DNA of 64,000 bases, from NCBI GenBank assembly GCA_903919925.1, contig CAIXKO010000904.1:1625-65624 (forward strand). Reading direction: 5' to 3'. The DNA is from an uncultured Bacteroidota bacterium (GTDB taxonomy: Bacteria > Bacteroidota > Bacteroidia > Bacteroidales > UBA12481). The notes under the pieces are model-generated. The model saw only the letters and a list, made by a program, of their open reading frames with translations. It searched no databases and was not told where the DNA came from. Positions within the stretch are counted from its first letter, which is position 1. Each line of letters begins with the position of its first letter. Below are positions 1 to 9,788 of this stretch, piece after piece. Made by a program: the position numbers and the translations under genes.

Positions 1-4
1 TAAG

Positions 5-56
5 GAAAGTCAATGAGATAATTATTTTAATTATTTCATTGACTTTCTTTTATTTA
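5..56 (+). terminator. Rho-independent terminator-like hairpin closing the off-window upstream gene
   Basis: GAAAGTCAATGA (5-16) pairs with TCATTGACTTTC (36-47). Inner arms ATAATTA (18-24) and TAATTAT (28-34) flank a TTT loop. The stem is followed by TTTTATTT (48-55). Confidence 0.6.
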
Positions 57-170
57 TGCACCTTGGCTTGAATCGTTTTTGGTTTGTGTCAACCCCAATT
101 TGTTTCAAAGCAATTGGATAGTAGTTTCAGGATCATGTTTCTTCGTAGATATTAATGAAAACCAATCTTT

Positions 171-1355
171 ATGAAAGAAGTAGTCATCGTATCAGCGGTA
201 AGAACAGCAATTGGCAATTTTGGCGGAGCCTTGGCCGGGATTTCGGCTACAGAGTTGGGAATCATAGCGGCTAAAGAAGCGATCGTCAGAGCAGGCATCA
301 ATCCTTCAGAGATATCAGAAACCATCATTGGAAATATTCTGTCCGCTGGTCTGGGGCAGAACATCAGCCGTCAGATTGCAATAAAATCGGGAATACCAGA
401 TACTTCTCCTGCCATGACGATTAATAAATTATGTGGTTCAGGACTAAGGGCGGTTTCCATGGCGGCTCAGTTTATCATGCTGGGTGATGCCGAAGCCGTA
501 CTTGCGGGAGGTACCGAAAGCATGTCGAATGCGCCGTACTTGTTAATGCAGGGCCGCAATGGTTTCAGAATGGGCCATGGTCAAGTTATGGACAGCATGA
601 TCCTGGATGGGCTCACCGATTCATTCAACGATTACCACATGGGCATCACGGCAGAAAATATTGCCGAAAGGTGGAATATCAGCCGGGAGGATCAGGACAG
701 ATTTGCCTTGGAGAGCCAGCATCGGAGTGAGGCAGCTCAGAAATCAGGACGGTTTGCAGAAGAGATTGTTCCGGTGAGCATTGCCCAGCGAAAAGGAGAT
801 CCCATCATTATAAATACGGACGAATTCCCCAGGCACGGTTTGACCATCGAAAAACTATCGGCGCTGAAACCGGCTTTTAAAAAGGATGGTACGGTGACCG
901 CAGGTAACGCTTCGGGCATTAACGACGGGGCATCGATGCTCATCGTAATGTCGGGTGAGAAAGCCAGGAATTTGGGATTAAAGCCACTGGTTAGAATATT
1001 ATCGTACGGCAATGCAGCTCTCGATCCTGCCATCATGGGATACGGACCGGTAGCTGCAACTCAGGCAGCATTAAAAAGAGCAGGACTAACTGTTGATGAT
1101 ATTGACCTGATTGAGGCCAATGAGGCATTTGCGGCTCAATCCTTAGCGGTTGTCCGCGATCTAAAGCTCGATCCGATGAAAGTAAATGTGAACGGAGGGG
1201 CCATATCATTGGGGCATCCGATTGGCGCTTCAGGAGCCCGGATTCTGACCACCTTGATTTATGAGATGAAACGCCGGGATGCCAACAGGGGCCTGGCTAC
1301 CCTTTGTATTGGCGGTGGACAGGGAACCGCACTTATTATTGAAAACATCAAATAA
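171..1355 (+). CDS. Acetyl-CoA C-acetyltransferase (thiolase II)
   Basis: 394 aa. Thiolase signatures: [11 protein letters not shown] (acyl-Cys), [21 protein letters not shown], and C-terminal [10 protein letters not shown] (second catalytic Cys). Confidence 0.95.
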   Translation: MKEVVIVSAVRTAIGNFGGALAGISATELGIIAAKEAIVRAGINPSEISETIIGNILSAGLGQNISRQIAIKSGIPDTSPAMTINKLCGSGLRAVSMAAQFIMLGDAEAVLAGGTESMSNAPYLLMQGRNGFRMGHGQVMDSMILDGLTDSFNDYHMGITAENIAERWNISREDQDRFALESQHRSEAAQKSGRFAEEIVPVSIAQRKGDPIIINTDEFPRHGLTIEKLSALKPAFKKDGTVTAGNASGINDGASMLIVMSGEKARNLGLKPLVRILSYGNAALDPAIMGYGPVAATQAALKRAGLTVDDIDLIEANEAFAAQSLAVVRDLKLDPMKVNVNGGAISLGHPIGASGARILTTLIYEMKRRDANRGLATLCIGGGQGTALIIENIK

Positions 1356-1374
1356 AAACTCAAAATAAATCATC

Positions 1375-2118
1375 ATGAAACAACTTGAAAACAAGGTTGC
1401 AATAATCACCGGCGGTGCAGATGGAATTGGCCGTGCAGGGGCCATCCGTTTTGCTGCCGAAGGGGCAACCGTCATCATTTGGGATATGAATGAAGATAAA
1501 GGCGCTCAAACAGTTGCCGAAATTGCAAATACCGGCGGGAAAGCGTACTTTGTTAAAGTGAATACTGCCTCCTACACCGATGTGGATAAAGCCACCAAAG
1601 ATGCCATTGAGCAGTTTGGCCGGATTGATATCCTGATCAATAATGCCGGTATTACCCGTGATGCATCCATCCGGAAAATGACTCCTGAACAATGGCAGCA
1701 GGTTATCGATGTTAACCTTACCGGCGTGTTCAATTGTGCTAAATGCGTAAGTGCCGGTATGGTCGAAAAAGGGTATGGACGAATTATCAATACCTCGTCA
1801 GTTGTTGCCCTATATGGCAACTTTGGCCAATCGAATTACGTAGCCACTAAAGCGGGAGTTATCGGGTTAACTAAAACCCTTGCCCGTGAATTGGGGCGGA
1901 AAGGCGTTACCGTTAATGCCGTTGCACCTGGCTTTATTGCTACGGACATGGTTAAGAAAATGCCGGAGAACATCCTGAAATCCATGGAAGAAAAAGTTCC
2001 GCTCGGCAGGCTTGGCAAGCCGGAAGAAATAGCATCAGCCTATTTATTTTTGGCCAGCGATGAGGCATCCTACATTAACGGAGCAACAATAAGTGTGGAC
2101 GGAGGAATTACGATATAG
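1375..2118 (+). CDS. Short-chain dehydrogenase/reductase, acetoacetyl-CoA reductase (PhaB)/FabG-like
   Basis: 247 aa. TGGADGIG Rossmann motif, NNAGITRD, and a catalytic S...YxxxK (NYVATKAG). The PGFIATDMV...VPLGRLGKPEEIA tail resembles PhaB/FabG. Confidence 0.9.
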   Translation: MKQLENKVAIITGGADGIGRAGAIRFAAEGATVIIWDMNEDKGAQTVAEIANTGGKAYFVKVNTASYTDVDKATKDAIEQFGRIDILINNAGITRDASIRKMTPEQWQQVIDVNLTGVFNCAKCVSAGMVEKGYGRIINTSSVVALYGNFGQSNYVATKAGVIGLTKTLARELGRKGVTVNAVAPGFIATDMVKKMPENILKSMEEKVPLGRLGKPEEIASAYLFLASDEASYINGATISVDGGITI

Positions 2119-2120
2119 CA

Positions 2121-3695
2121 ATGGCATCAACACAACAAGTCACCGGCGGAGCGATATTGATCGCGATATATGCAGCTGTTATCCTCTTTTTTGTGATTCG
2201 CGGAGCTTTGCGAACCAAAAACATCAGCGATTACGCGGTCGGGAATTTCAATTTTTCCCCTTTATTTGTTGGGCTATCCTTAGCCGCCGCCATGACGAGT
2301 GCGGCCACTTTTGTGATTAACCCGGGGCTGATAGCGGCTTATGGACTGAGCGGGGCGCTATCCTTTGGAATAGTATTCCCTATTGCCTCATTGATTTCAC
2401 TGGTTGTACTAACCAAAAGTTTTCGCAGGCATGGCACCAATGTAAAGGCACTCACCCTGGCCAGCTGGATTGGTACCCGCTATAACAGTAAAGGTTATGC
2501 CTTGTTTATAGGTTTTCTATCGGTTTTGTTAATAACATTTATTGTGCTGATTCTGGTTGCCATTACCAAAGTGATGAGCCAATCATTAAATATCAGCGAA
2601 TCCTGGATGTTATTTTTTGTGGTGGCTTTTGTATTTGGATATATGATGTTCGGAGGAGCCAATTCGATGGTCTATACGAATACGCTTCAGGCAATTGTGA
2701 TGGTAATAGTGGCGGTAATTCTCATTTCATCGGGTTATCCATATTTAAAAGACGGATTATTCGCGTTTTTTGATAAGCTTGCCACGGTCAATCCCGACCT
2801 GGTTAAACCCACGAACCCGGGAAGTCCATTATTCCGGGATTTCTTTGAGATCATATTTGCACAGATTATTGTAGGAGTGGCAGTTGTTTGCCAGCCCCAT
2901 ATTATCACAAAATCATTACTTCTAAAAAAAGAAAGCGATGTTAACCGATATCTGGTATCGGCGGTTATCATTCAGGCTCTTTTCTATTCTGTGGTATTTA
3001 CCGGATTATATGCGCGGTTAACCTTTCCTGATCTTGCTTCCAATGGAAAACCTTTGGGCATCGACGGTATAATACCTGCTTATGTAGTACAGGTTTTTTC
3101 GCAGGGATGGGTAGCAATCGGGATCGGGCTCATCGTTGTGCTGGGTTTAATCAGTGCAGGTTTATCCACTATTGAAGGTTTGATACAAAGTTTGAGTACC
3201 ACCATTACTTCAGATATAATAAAGCCATTAATTAGAAAACAGGCAACAACTGATCGCAACTACATCATGATTAACAGAATTGTGATCTTTGGAATGGCTT
3301 TAGTTTCATTTCTGGCTGCACGTTCGCAATTACTCCACCCCAACCTGAGTGTGGCTATTTTTGCACAAAACGGTGTTTATTCATTTTTTTCAATTGCATT
3401 TGTTCCCATAGTATTTGGTATTTTTCTAAAGAGCACCACACGTAATACCGCCTTAACCGGTTCAATATCTGCTTTATTGGTTTATTTTTTGGTTTATTAT
3501 CTGTTCCCCTGGCTGATACGGACTGCGGGAATTAGTTTAGGATTTTTTGACAAATATTTTATCGGAAAGGTTCAGAACCCGGCTATTGCAGCAGCCACTG
3601 CCATAACAGTTTCCGTATTAATTAGCCTGGTAGTATTTTATTTAAGCAGAAAACCCACACCGGAAAAGGAAAAGCTGACCGGAAATATTGCATAG
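2121..3695 (+). CDS. Sodium:solute symporter (SSS) family permease
   Basis: 524 aa and highly hydrophobic, with about 13 predicted helices by eye and SSS-like layout. Starts 2 nt after the preceding stop. Confidence 0.8.
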   Translation: MASTQQVTGGAILIAIYAAVILFFVIRGALRTKNISDYAVGNFNFSPLFVGLSLAAAMTSAATFVINPGLIAAYGLSGALSFGIVFPIASLISLVVLTKSFRRHGTNVKALTLASWIGTRYNSKGYALFIGFLSVLLITFIVLILVAITKVMSQSLNISESWMLFFVVAFVFGYMMFGGANSMVYTNTLQAIVMVIVAVILISSGYPYLKDGLFAFFDKLATVNPDLVKPTNPGSPLFRDFFEIIFAQIIVGVAVVCQPHIITKSLLLKKESDVNRYLVSAVIIQALFYSVVFTGLYARLTFPDLASNGKPLGIDGIIPAYVVQVFSQGWVAIGIGLIVVLGLISAGLSTIEGLIQSLSTTITSDIIKPLIRKQATTDRNYIMINRIVIFGMALVSFLAARSQLLHPNLSVAIFAQNGVYSFFSIAFVPIVFGIFLKSTTRNTALTGSISALLVYFLVYYLFPWLIRTAGISLGFFDKYFIGKVQNPAIAAATAITVSVLISLVVFYLSRKPTPEKEKLTGNIA

Positions 3696-3697
3696 TT

Positions 3698-5008
3698 ATG
3701 ACAAAAGACGAATTGATTTACCAGGAAAAGCTCATCAGCATTGAGGCGGCCGTTGAGTTAATAAAAAGCGATACGGACATTATTGTAGCACAATGTGCAT
3801 CGGAGCCACAAGGTTGTTTGTCGAAATTTCATCTGGCAAAAGACCGGGTAACCGAAGTAAAAGTATTCTCGGTACTTACATTAAAGCCATACGATTTTTA
3901 CATGATGCCTGAAATGAAAGGGCATTTTGAGTTATGCAGCTGGTTTCATGCCCCTGGATCGCGGGCGGCATTAAAAGCAAAAACAGGAACAGTTACTTAT
4001 GTTCCAAACATGCTACACCGGGCTGCCACTGACCGCCTTAAGGTACGCAAACCTCACCTTTTTTTCGGAACCTGCACCCCACCCGATGAAAAAGGTTTTG
4101 TATCGCTTTCATTAGGAATTACCTATGAGAAAGATATTATTGAAGCGGCAGAAATTGTGGTACTTGAGGTCAACGATCAATTACCAAGGACCCAGGGCGA
4201 TACCCATTTGCATGTAAGTGAAGCAACTTATTTTGTGGAATATTCGCAGGCACCACCTACCTTGCCTGCTCCTCAGCCCGATGAAGTTGCTTTGAGAATC
4301 GGCCGGCATATTGCGGATTTAGTGGAAGACGGATCCACCATTCAATTAGGAATCGGTGAGATTCCGAATGCAGCAGCGATGTCGTTACAAAACAAAAAGG
4401 ACCTCGGGGTGCATACTGAAATGATGGTTGACAGCATGATGGAGTTGTATCAAATGGGAGTGATCACCAACAAAAAAAAGGCAATTCATAAAGGTAAATT
4501 CATCTGCACTTTCGCAATGGGGAGTGAGAAATTGTACCAATGGCTCGATAATAATCCATCGATTGAATTTTTACGTGGCAGGTATGTAAACGATCCATGC
4601 GTGATGAAGCAGAATAGCCGGATGGTATCGATCAACACCTGCATCATGGTTGACTTTACCGGGCAGGTTTCAAGTGAATCCATTGGTATTGAGCAGTATT
4701 CAGGTACTGGCGGGCAAACTGATACGGCTGTAGGGGCCATTGAGGGAACTGATGGATTGGGTAAATCCATCATTGCCTGCAGGGCCACTGCCCGCGGAGG
4801 GGCCATATCAACCATTGTCCCAACTTTGCCTGAAGGAAGTGCGGTAACGCTGCATCGCAGTTATACTGATTATGTGGTAACCGAATTCGGCAGCGTACGG
4901 CTGACCGGACGAACCGTACGAGAGCGCACAAAAGCATTGATTTCCATTGCTCACCCGGATTTCAGGGAAGGTCTGACCCTTAAAGCAATTGAACTTGGCT
5001 ATTTATAG
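3698..5008 (+). CDS. Acetyl-CoA hydrolase/transferase family protein (4-hydroxybutyrate / butyryl-CoA:acetate CoA-transferase-like)
   Basis: 436 aa. LGIGEIPNAA, the GGQTD region and overall length are typical of the Cat/AbfT family. Starts 2 nt after the permease stop. Confidence 0.85.
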   Translation: MTKDELIYQEKLISIEAAVELIKSDTDIIVAQCASEPQGCLSKFHLAKDRVTEVKVFSVLTLKPYDFYMMPEMKGHFELCSWFHAPGSRAALKAKTGTVTYVPNMLHRAATDRLKVRKPHLFFGTCTPPDEKGFVSLSLGITYEKDIIEAAEIVVLEVNDQLPRTQGDTHLHVSEATYFVEYSQAPPTLPAPQPDEVALRIGRHIADLVEDGSTIQLGIGEIPNAAAMSLQNKKDLGVHTEMMVDSMMELYQMGVITNKKKAIHKGKFICTFAMGSEKLYQWLDNNPSIEFLRGRYVNDPCVMKQNSRMVSINTCIMVDFTGQVSSESIGIEQYSGTGGQTDTAVGAIEGTDGLGKSIIACRATARGGAISTIVPTLPEGSAVTLHRSYTDYVVTEFGSVRLTGRTVRERTKALISIAHPDFREGLTLKAIELGYL

Positions 5009-5046
5009 TGAAGTAAAAGACAAAGGCTAACACACAATATCTCAAA

Positions 5047-6054
5047 ATGATCCCTCTAAAGATTCTTGGCACCGGTTTATACGTACCCGGAACGGCCATC
5101 TCCAACTCAGAGTTAAAAAGTTTGACAGGGCTCGATTTCAATTCAGAGAAGCTGGAATCCAAACCCGGCATTTTCAACCGGCATATTGCGCACCTGCGTG
5201 GGATTCCTGAGACTACGGCTGATTTTGCCACTAAAGCCGCTTTGAGCGCCATTGGTGTTGCCGGAATTTCAGGGGATGATATTGGGTTATTTGTGGTAGG
5301 CACCGATACGCCCGAATATATTTCTCCCTCCACCTCCATTATTGTTCAGGGAAGAATACAAAAGCAGGAAACCTGGGCTTCAACATTTGATGTATCAGCA
5401 TCTTGTGCTAGTTTTACCATTGCTTTTGATACGGCAGCGCGGATCATGGCAACGGATTCATCCATTCAGTTTGCAGTTATTATCGGTGTTTACAATATGC
5501 CTGCCTACATCAGGCCCGACGATTCATTTGGGTACTCCATATTTGCAGACGGCGCCGGTGCGGTGGTAATCGGCAGAACAAGGGAAACCACATCAGGATA
5601 CATTGGGAGCCAACTACTTACCGATGGCACTCAATATGACTACATTGGCGTATACGCCGGTGGCACCAAAATGCCGGTCACCCAGGATGTTCTGGATAAC
5701 AAAAAGCAAGGGCTCCTGAGTTTACAGCCGTTGCCAGGCGATCGGAATGTAAGGCTATGGCCAAAGGTGGTAAACAAACTATTGACAAAATATGGTCTGA
5801 GTATCGGCGATGTCGACCACTTCATATTCACACAGATTAACCGGTCGGTCATTGCGGAGGTAATGGAAATTATTGGAGCTCCGATAACCAAAACCACTAC
5901 CATTATGGATAAATATGGGTATACCGGTTCAGGTTGTGTACCAATGGCATTCCATCACGCGGTAAACGGAGGTACGATCAGGCGCGGCGATCGTGTTCTT
6001 TTCATGGCATCCGGTGCAGGACTGGCAGTAGGAAGCAACCTGTTTATTTATTAA
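5047..6054 (+). CDS. KAS III (FabH)-like thiolase-fold protein; Cys retained, His/Asn positions substituted
   Basis: 335 aa. ILGTGLYVP N-terminus and FDVSASCASF (Cys120, codon 5404-5406). By-eye alignment to E. coli FabH puts FTQIN where HQAN sits and GYTGSG where GNTSAA sits. Confidence 0.85.
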   Translation: MIPLKILGTGLYVPGTAISNSELKSLTGLDFNSEKLESKPGIFNRHIAHLRGIPETTADFATKAALSAIGVAGISGDDIGLFVVGTDTPEYISPSTSIIVQGRIQKQETWASTFDVSASCASFTIAFDTAARIMATDSSIQFAVIIGVYNMPAYIRPDDSFGYSIFADGAGAVVIGRTRETTSGYIGSQLLTDGTQYDYIGVYAGGTKMPVTQDVLDNKKQGLLSLQPLPGDRNVRLWPKVVNKLLTKYGLSIGDVDHFIFTQINRSVIAEVMEIIGAPITKTTTIMDKYGYTGSGCVPMAFHHAVNGGTIRRGDRVLFMASGAGLAVGSNLFIY

Positions 6055-6068
6055 TTTCTCATCAATTT

Positions 6069-7121
6069 ATGTCAAACGTCAGCGAACATAATTTTCATGC
6101 AGGCATTTTAGGTACAGGCATTTATATCCCTGAGCACCGGATGACTGCAGCACAAATATCGACAGCCACAAAAGGTTTATGGAGCGAGGAAGCCATTATA
6201 AACAAATTGGGAATTGTTGAAAAATCGATTCCCGGACCGGAAGATGGCACGCAGGAAATGGGTGCCCTTGCAGCCTTGGATTGCCTGAGAAACACGAATA
6301 CCGCTGCCTCAGAAATCGACCTAATCCTCAGCATTGGTGAGGAATGGAAAGAATTCCCCTTAACGACTACAGGTATTTACATTCAAGAGCGTATTGGTGC
6401 TGTAAATGCCTGGGCAATAGATATTCAGCAGAGATGCTGCACCACCGTTGCCGCCCTCAAAATTGCGAAGGACATGATGTTTGCCGATCCGGATATCAAC
6501 ATGGTTCTCATTGCAGGGGGGTACCGGAACGGTGATTTCCTGGATTACACCAATGGCTCTGTTTCATTTATGTATAACCTGGCGGCCGGTGCCGGGGCAA
6601 TTTTGTTGAAAAAGAATCTTGGCTACAACGAACTTCTTGGATCACATATGATTACAGATGGAACTATGGCCCGGGATGTTGGAGTTGAAATCGGAGGAAC
6701 CGAAAAACCGGTTACCTGCGGAAATGTTTCGGAAGCATACTCTTCATTGAGAGTATTTGATGAAAAACATATGAAGGACCGTCTCAATGAAGTTTCCATG
6801 AAGAATTGGATGACTTGCATAGATCAGGCTTTTATCAAATCCGGGGTCAACAAATCAGAGTTGAATTTCCTTGCCTCATTACATTTTAAGAGGTCGGCAT
6901 ATTCTGGATTACTCGCTACTCTCGGATTAGTCCCGGATCAAACTATTTACCTGGAAAATTATGGTCATATCGGGCAGATCGATCAGATTCTATCCCTGCA
7001 TCTGGCGAATCAGATGGGGAAATTAACGGAGGGAAGCATTGTTTCGATGATTGCATCGGGAATTGGCTATGCCTGGGGTGCGAATGTTATCCGTTGGGGA
7101 AAACATAAGGTCCAGTCCTAA
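6069..7121 (+). CDS. Second KAS III (FabH)-like thiolase-fold protein with an apparent Cys/His/His set
   Basis: 350 aa from the ATG at 6069 (MSNVSEH...). The track ORF start at 5934 overlaps the previous gene. ILGTGIYIP, IDIQQRCCTT, SLHFKRS and NYGHIGQ are present. Confidence 0.8.
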   Translation: MSNVSEHNFHAGILGTGIYIPEHRMTAAQISTATKGLWSEEAIINKLGIVEKSIPGPEDGTQEMGALAALDCLRNTNTAASEIDLILSIGEEWKEFPLTTTGIYIQERIGAVNAWAIDIQQRCCTTVAALKIAKDMMFADPDINMVLIAGGYRNGDFLDYTNGSVSFMYNLAAGAGAILLKKNLGYNELLGSHMITDGTMARDVGVEIGGTEKPVTCGNVSEAYSSLRVFDEKHMKDRLNEVSMKNWMTCIDQAFIKSGVNKSELNFLASLHFKRSAYSGLLATLGLVPDQTIYLENYGHIGQIDQILSLHLANQMGKLTEGSIVSMIASGIGYAWGANVIRWGKHKVQS

Positions 7122-7282
7122 TCGAATATAATTAATTATCTATCTATCAACACTATTACTTAAATCAAAGAAACAAAACAATCTTAAGTCAACCCAGTAT
7201 AATATTCAATCTCTGCTTAACTTTTTGCTCAAATAAATACTTTTAAAGCACTAAAATATAATCATTTAATCAAAACAATAAC

Positions 7283-8113
7283 ATGAAAAACAGAGTATTC
7301 TTTTTCTTGACCATCGTGATGGCCGGTCTTATTGGGATTTCTTCTTGTGTAAAAGATGAAAACCTGGCACCAACCATCAAGTCAGCAGTTGTTTCAACCG
7401 ACAACAAAACCATTTTGGTTACCTTTTCTGAGGCAGTGTATGCCAAAGCCGACATGACCGGCGCAATTGATGCCACTACCCTTTCAGTAACTGCACCTGA
7501 AGCATTAAAGTTCACTTACACAGTTACCCACACAGCAGGCAGTTTGACTGCAACGGTTAATCTGGTTATCACCTCGATCATTCAGGGTACTGAAAAGTTC
7601 ACCGTCAAGCCAGCCACTGCTACAGCCATTTATGACAATGAAGGATTAGCCATGCTGGTAACGGCAGCAATCGATTCCAACACAGCAGCAAAAGATCTGG
7701 GAATTATTGGGAAATGGCTGTCTGAAGGAGCCAACGTAGCTCCATTATTGGTTACATACTTCAAAGTATTAAAGGTGGAAGCTGAGTTTAAAACCGATTT
7801 TACCTACAAAGTTAACCAGTTTAATATTGGCAATACCACCACTACTCCTGACCTGGTATTTACCGGCACCTTTGCAATTGCAAAATCAGCAGTAGGGAAT
7901 ATCTGGACTATCACGTGTACTCAGGAAATGCCTTACGCAGCAACCGCATCAGGTATTTTTGAAATTAAAACCAGTCCTGAGCTCTTATGGTACGAAGTTG
8001 TTCAAACATCAGGCACACAAAATGTTCCACCAACGCCTGCAGCTGGTTTCGGCAGTTCAAATGGCGGCACCTTGGGCGTGTTGAATGTTCAAAAATTTGC
8101 ACGTGTAATTTAG
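7283..8113 (+). CDS. Lipoprotein of unknown function
   Basis: 276 aa. Signal peptide plus lipobox (LIGISSC). Thr/Ala-rich, beta-rich sequence. Confidence 0.7.
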   Translation: MKNRVFFFLTIVMAGLIGISSCVKDENLAPTIKSAVVSTDNKTILVTFSEAVYAKADMTGAIDATTLSVTAPEALKFTYTVTHTAGSLTATVNLVITSIIQGTEKFTVKPATATAIYDNEGLAMLVTAAIDSNTAAKDLGIIGKWLSEGANVAPLLVTYFKVLKVEAEFKTDFTYKVNQFNIGNTTTTPDLVFTGTFAIAKSAVGNIWTITCTQEMPYAATASGIFEIKTSPELLWYEVVQTSGTQNVPPTPAAGFGSSNGGTLGVLNVQKFARVI

Positions 8114-8133
8114 GCGGTCCAAAATTGTGATCC

Positions 8134-9747
8134 ATGTATAAGATTACCATCGTTTTTCTGGCATCATTATTTGCAATTCTCTATCAATTGCCTGCTCAGA
8201 CTGCGCCTGAAAAACCGGCAGCTGAAGCTAATAAATTCAATTTGTTCAGCAATGACATGCCTTATAATGCGAAGGCAAATAAGGAGTTTCAGTTCCTCGC
8301 TTTTTTCATCAATCAGGGAGTAAACTCGAACATGTTTCCAAAAGCCAGTTTGTTTAACGGGCAACTGGTGGGAAGGCTTTTCGGGCCAAACTCTTCAACC
8401 ACTTCTGATAGCCTTAAGTCTAACTATTTTGAGCAGCGTATTATCCCATTTTTCATTTATCAGCCAAAATTGTTTAATGGGAAGGCAATTTTAAGAACAT
8501 CGCTGGAAATTGATTGGACCTGGGGGGATCAGGCTTATGGAATGAGTGGCAACAAGGGAAGCGCAATCAATGCGGATGAAGTGAATATTCAAACGCAGAA
8601 CATTGAATTAGAATTAATTCCCGCAAAAAACTTTGCAATCAATCTTGGACTGCAAAGATTGTTTGATACTCCATATAACCCTTACCGCACCATGTTCGAT
8701 AAAATGGCCAGCACCGGTTACCGACTGGCTTATTGGGGCACTGATGCGGTTGGAATTTCTGCCAGGTATGATGGTGATTACCAAAAGATTAAAGCTGGCT
8801 ATTATCTTCTGTATGAAAACAATACTGAAGGCGATGATGATGTTTTTTTAACAGAGTTGGTGTATCAGCGCAAACTGAGTTTGAAATGGAATGCCGGGGC
8901 GTCCATATATTATGTGCGTGACCGTGGCAAAGGGCAAGGGGGAGTATCGGTTTTTGGTGAAGGTTTAGCAAGCACACTGGCTGCCTACAATGGCGCCTAC
9001 GTGTTCAACATGCAGAAAGATTATAAGGCAGATGTAGCATGGATGGGCGCAACTTTCAGCCGCAATCCCGATTTTATGCTTGATCCGTTGCAGTTGACCG
9101 GTTTTTTCAATTACAATCTCGGCAACGTAGTATCCAGGGTTGGCGATGCTTATCAAAAAACCGCCGGAATAGCCGGATTTGCCACAAATATCAGAGCCGC
9201 TTATCGATATGGCCGCACCCTGAATGATTACGTTTCGGCAGATTTCATATATGCATCGGGTGATCAGAATGGCATTATCGATAAAAAATACACTGGGGTC
9301 ATTACCGGAAATACCTGGGGAATGCCAGCCAATATTTTTATCGGGACCGGTGGGTACCTGCTGTTTCCGCATGCAAATGTAGTGAACCGCTTTACCCCGG
9401 TAATTTCCGATATTTCCAATATGGGCTATGGATTGATGGGAGGCACTATAAATTTAGCCTATGATTTTATCCCGAACAGGCTGAACGCCAAAGCTGGAAC
9501 AGCAATGGCATACAGTCCCGTCAAACCTCAGGGAGGCGGCAGGATGCTTGGCACGGAAATCAATGGCGCCTTATCTTACAATATCGGTCCATACATGAGT
9601 ATTGAGATGCATGCCGCCTATTTATGGCTGGGCAATTTTTTCGACAGCCAGGATGATTCTCATGGTTCCTCGATAAACGGATATTCCGCAACACGGCCCG
9701 TTAATCCGTACACTGTATTTGTGGTTTATAAATGGCTAATGTTCTGA
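8134..9747 (+). CDS. Putative outer-membrane beta-barrel protein (porin-like)
   Basis: 537 aa. Signal peptide (LYQLPAQTA), alternating aromatic/Gly-rich beta-strand pattern, and a C-terminal ...YKWLMF ending in Phe, as in OMPs. Confidence 0.65.
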   Translation: MYKITIVFLASLFAILYQLPAQTAPEKPAAEANKFNLFSNDMPYNAKANKEFQFLAFFINQGVNSNMFPKASLFNGQLVGRLFGPNSSTTSDSLKSNYFEQRIIPFFIYQPKLFNGKAILRTSLEIDWTWGDQAYGMSGNKGSAINADEVNIQTQNIELELIPAKNFAINLGLQRLFDTPYNPYRTMFDKMASTGYRLAYWGTDAVGISARYDGDYQKIKAGYYLLYENNTEGDDDVFLTELVYQRKLSLKWNAGASIYYVRDRGKGQGGVSVFGEGLASTLAAYNGAYVFNMQKDYKADVAWMGATFSRNPDFMLDPLQLTGFFNYNLGNVVSRVGDAYQKTAGIAGFATNIRAAYRYGRTLNDYVSADFIYASGDQNGIIDKKYTGVITGNTWGMPANIFIGTGGYLLFPHANVVNRFTPVISDISNMGYGLMGGTINLAYDFIPNRLNAKAGTAMAYSPVKPQGGGRMLGTEINGALSYNIGPYMSIEMHAAYLWLGNFFDSQDDSHGSSINGYSATRPVNPYTVFVVYKWLMF

Positions 9748-9788
9748 TAATTCATTTAATAATTACTGAAATGGAAACTATGATAAAA

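Noticed and set aside
5934-6068. N-terminal extension of the second KAS III-like ORF (track start 5934), overlapping the first KAS III-like gene by 121 nt
   Set aside because: The extension is Arg/Cys-rich junk-like sequence read out of frame over the preceding gene. The ATG at 6069 gives the canonical FabH-like N-terminus (..AGILGTGIYIP) 14 nt after the upstream stop.
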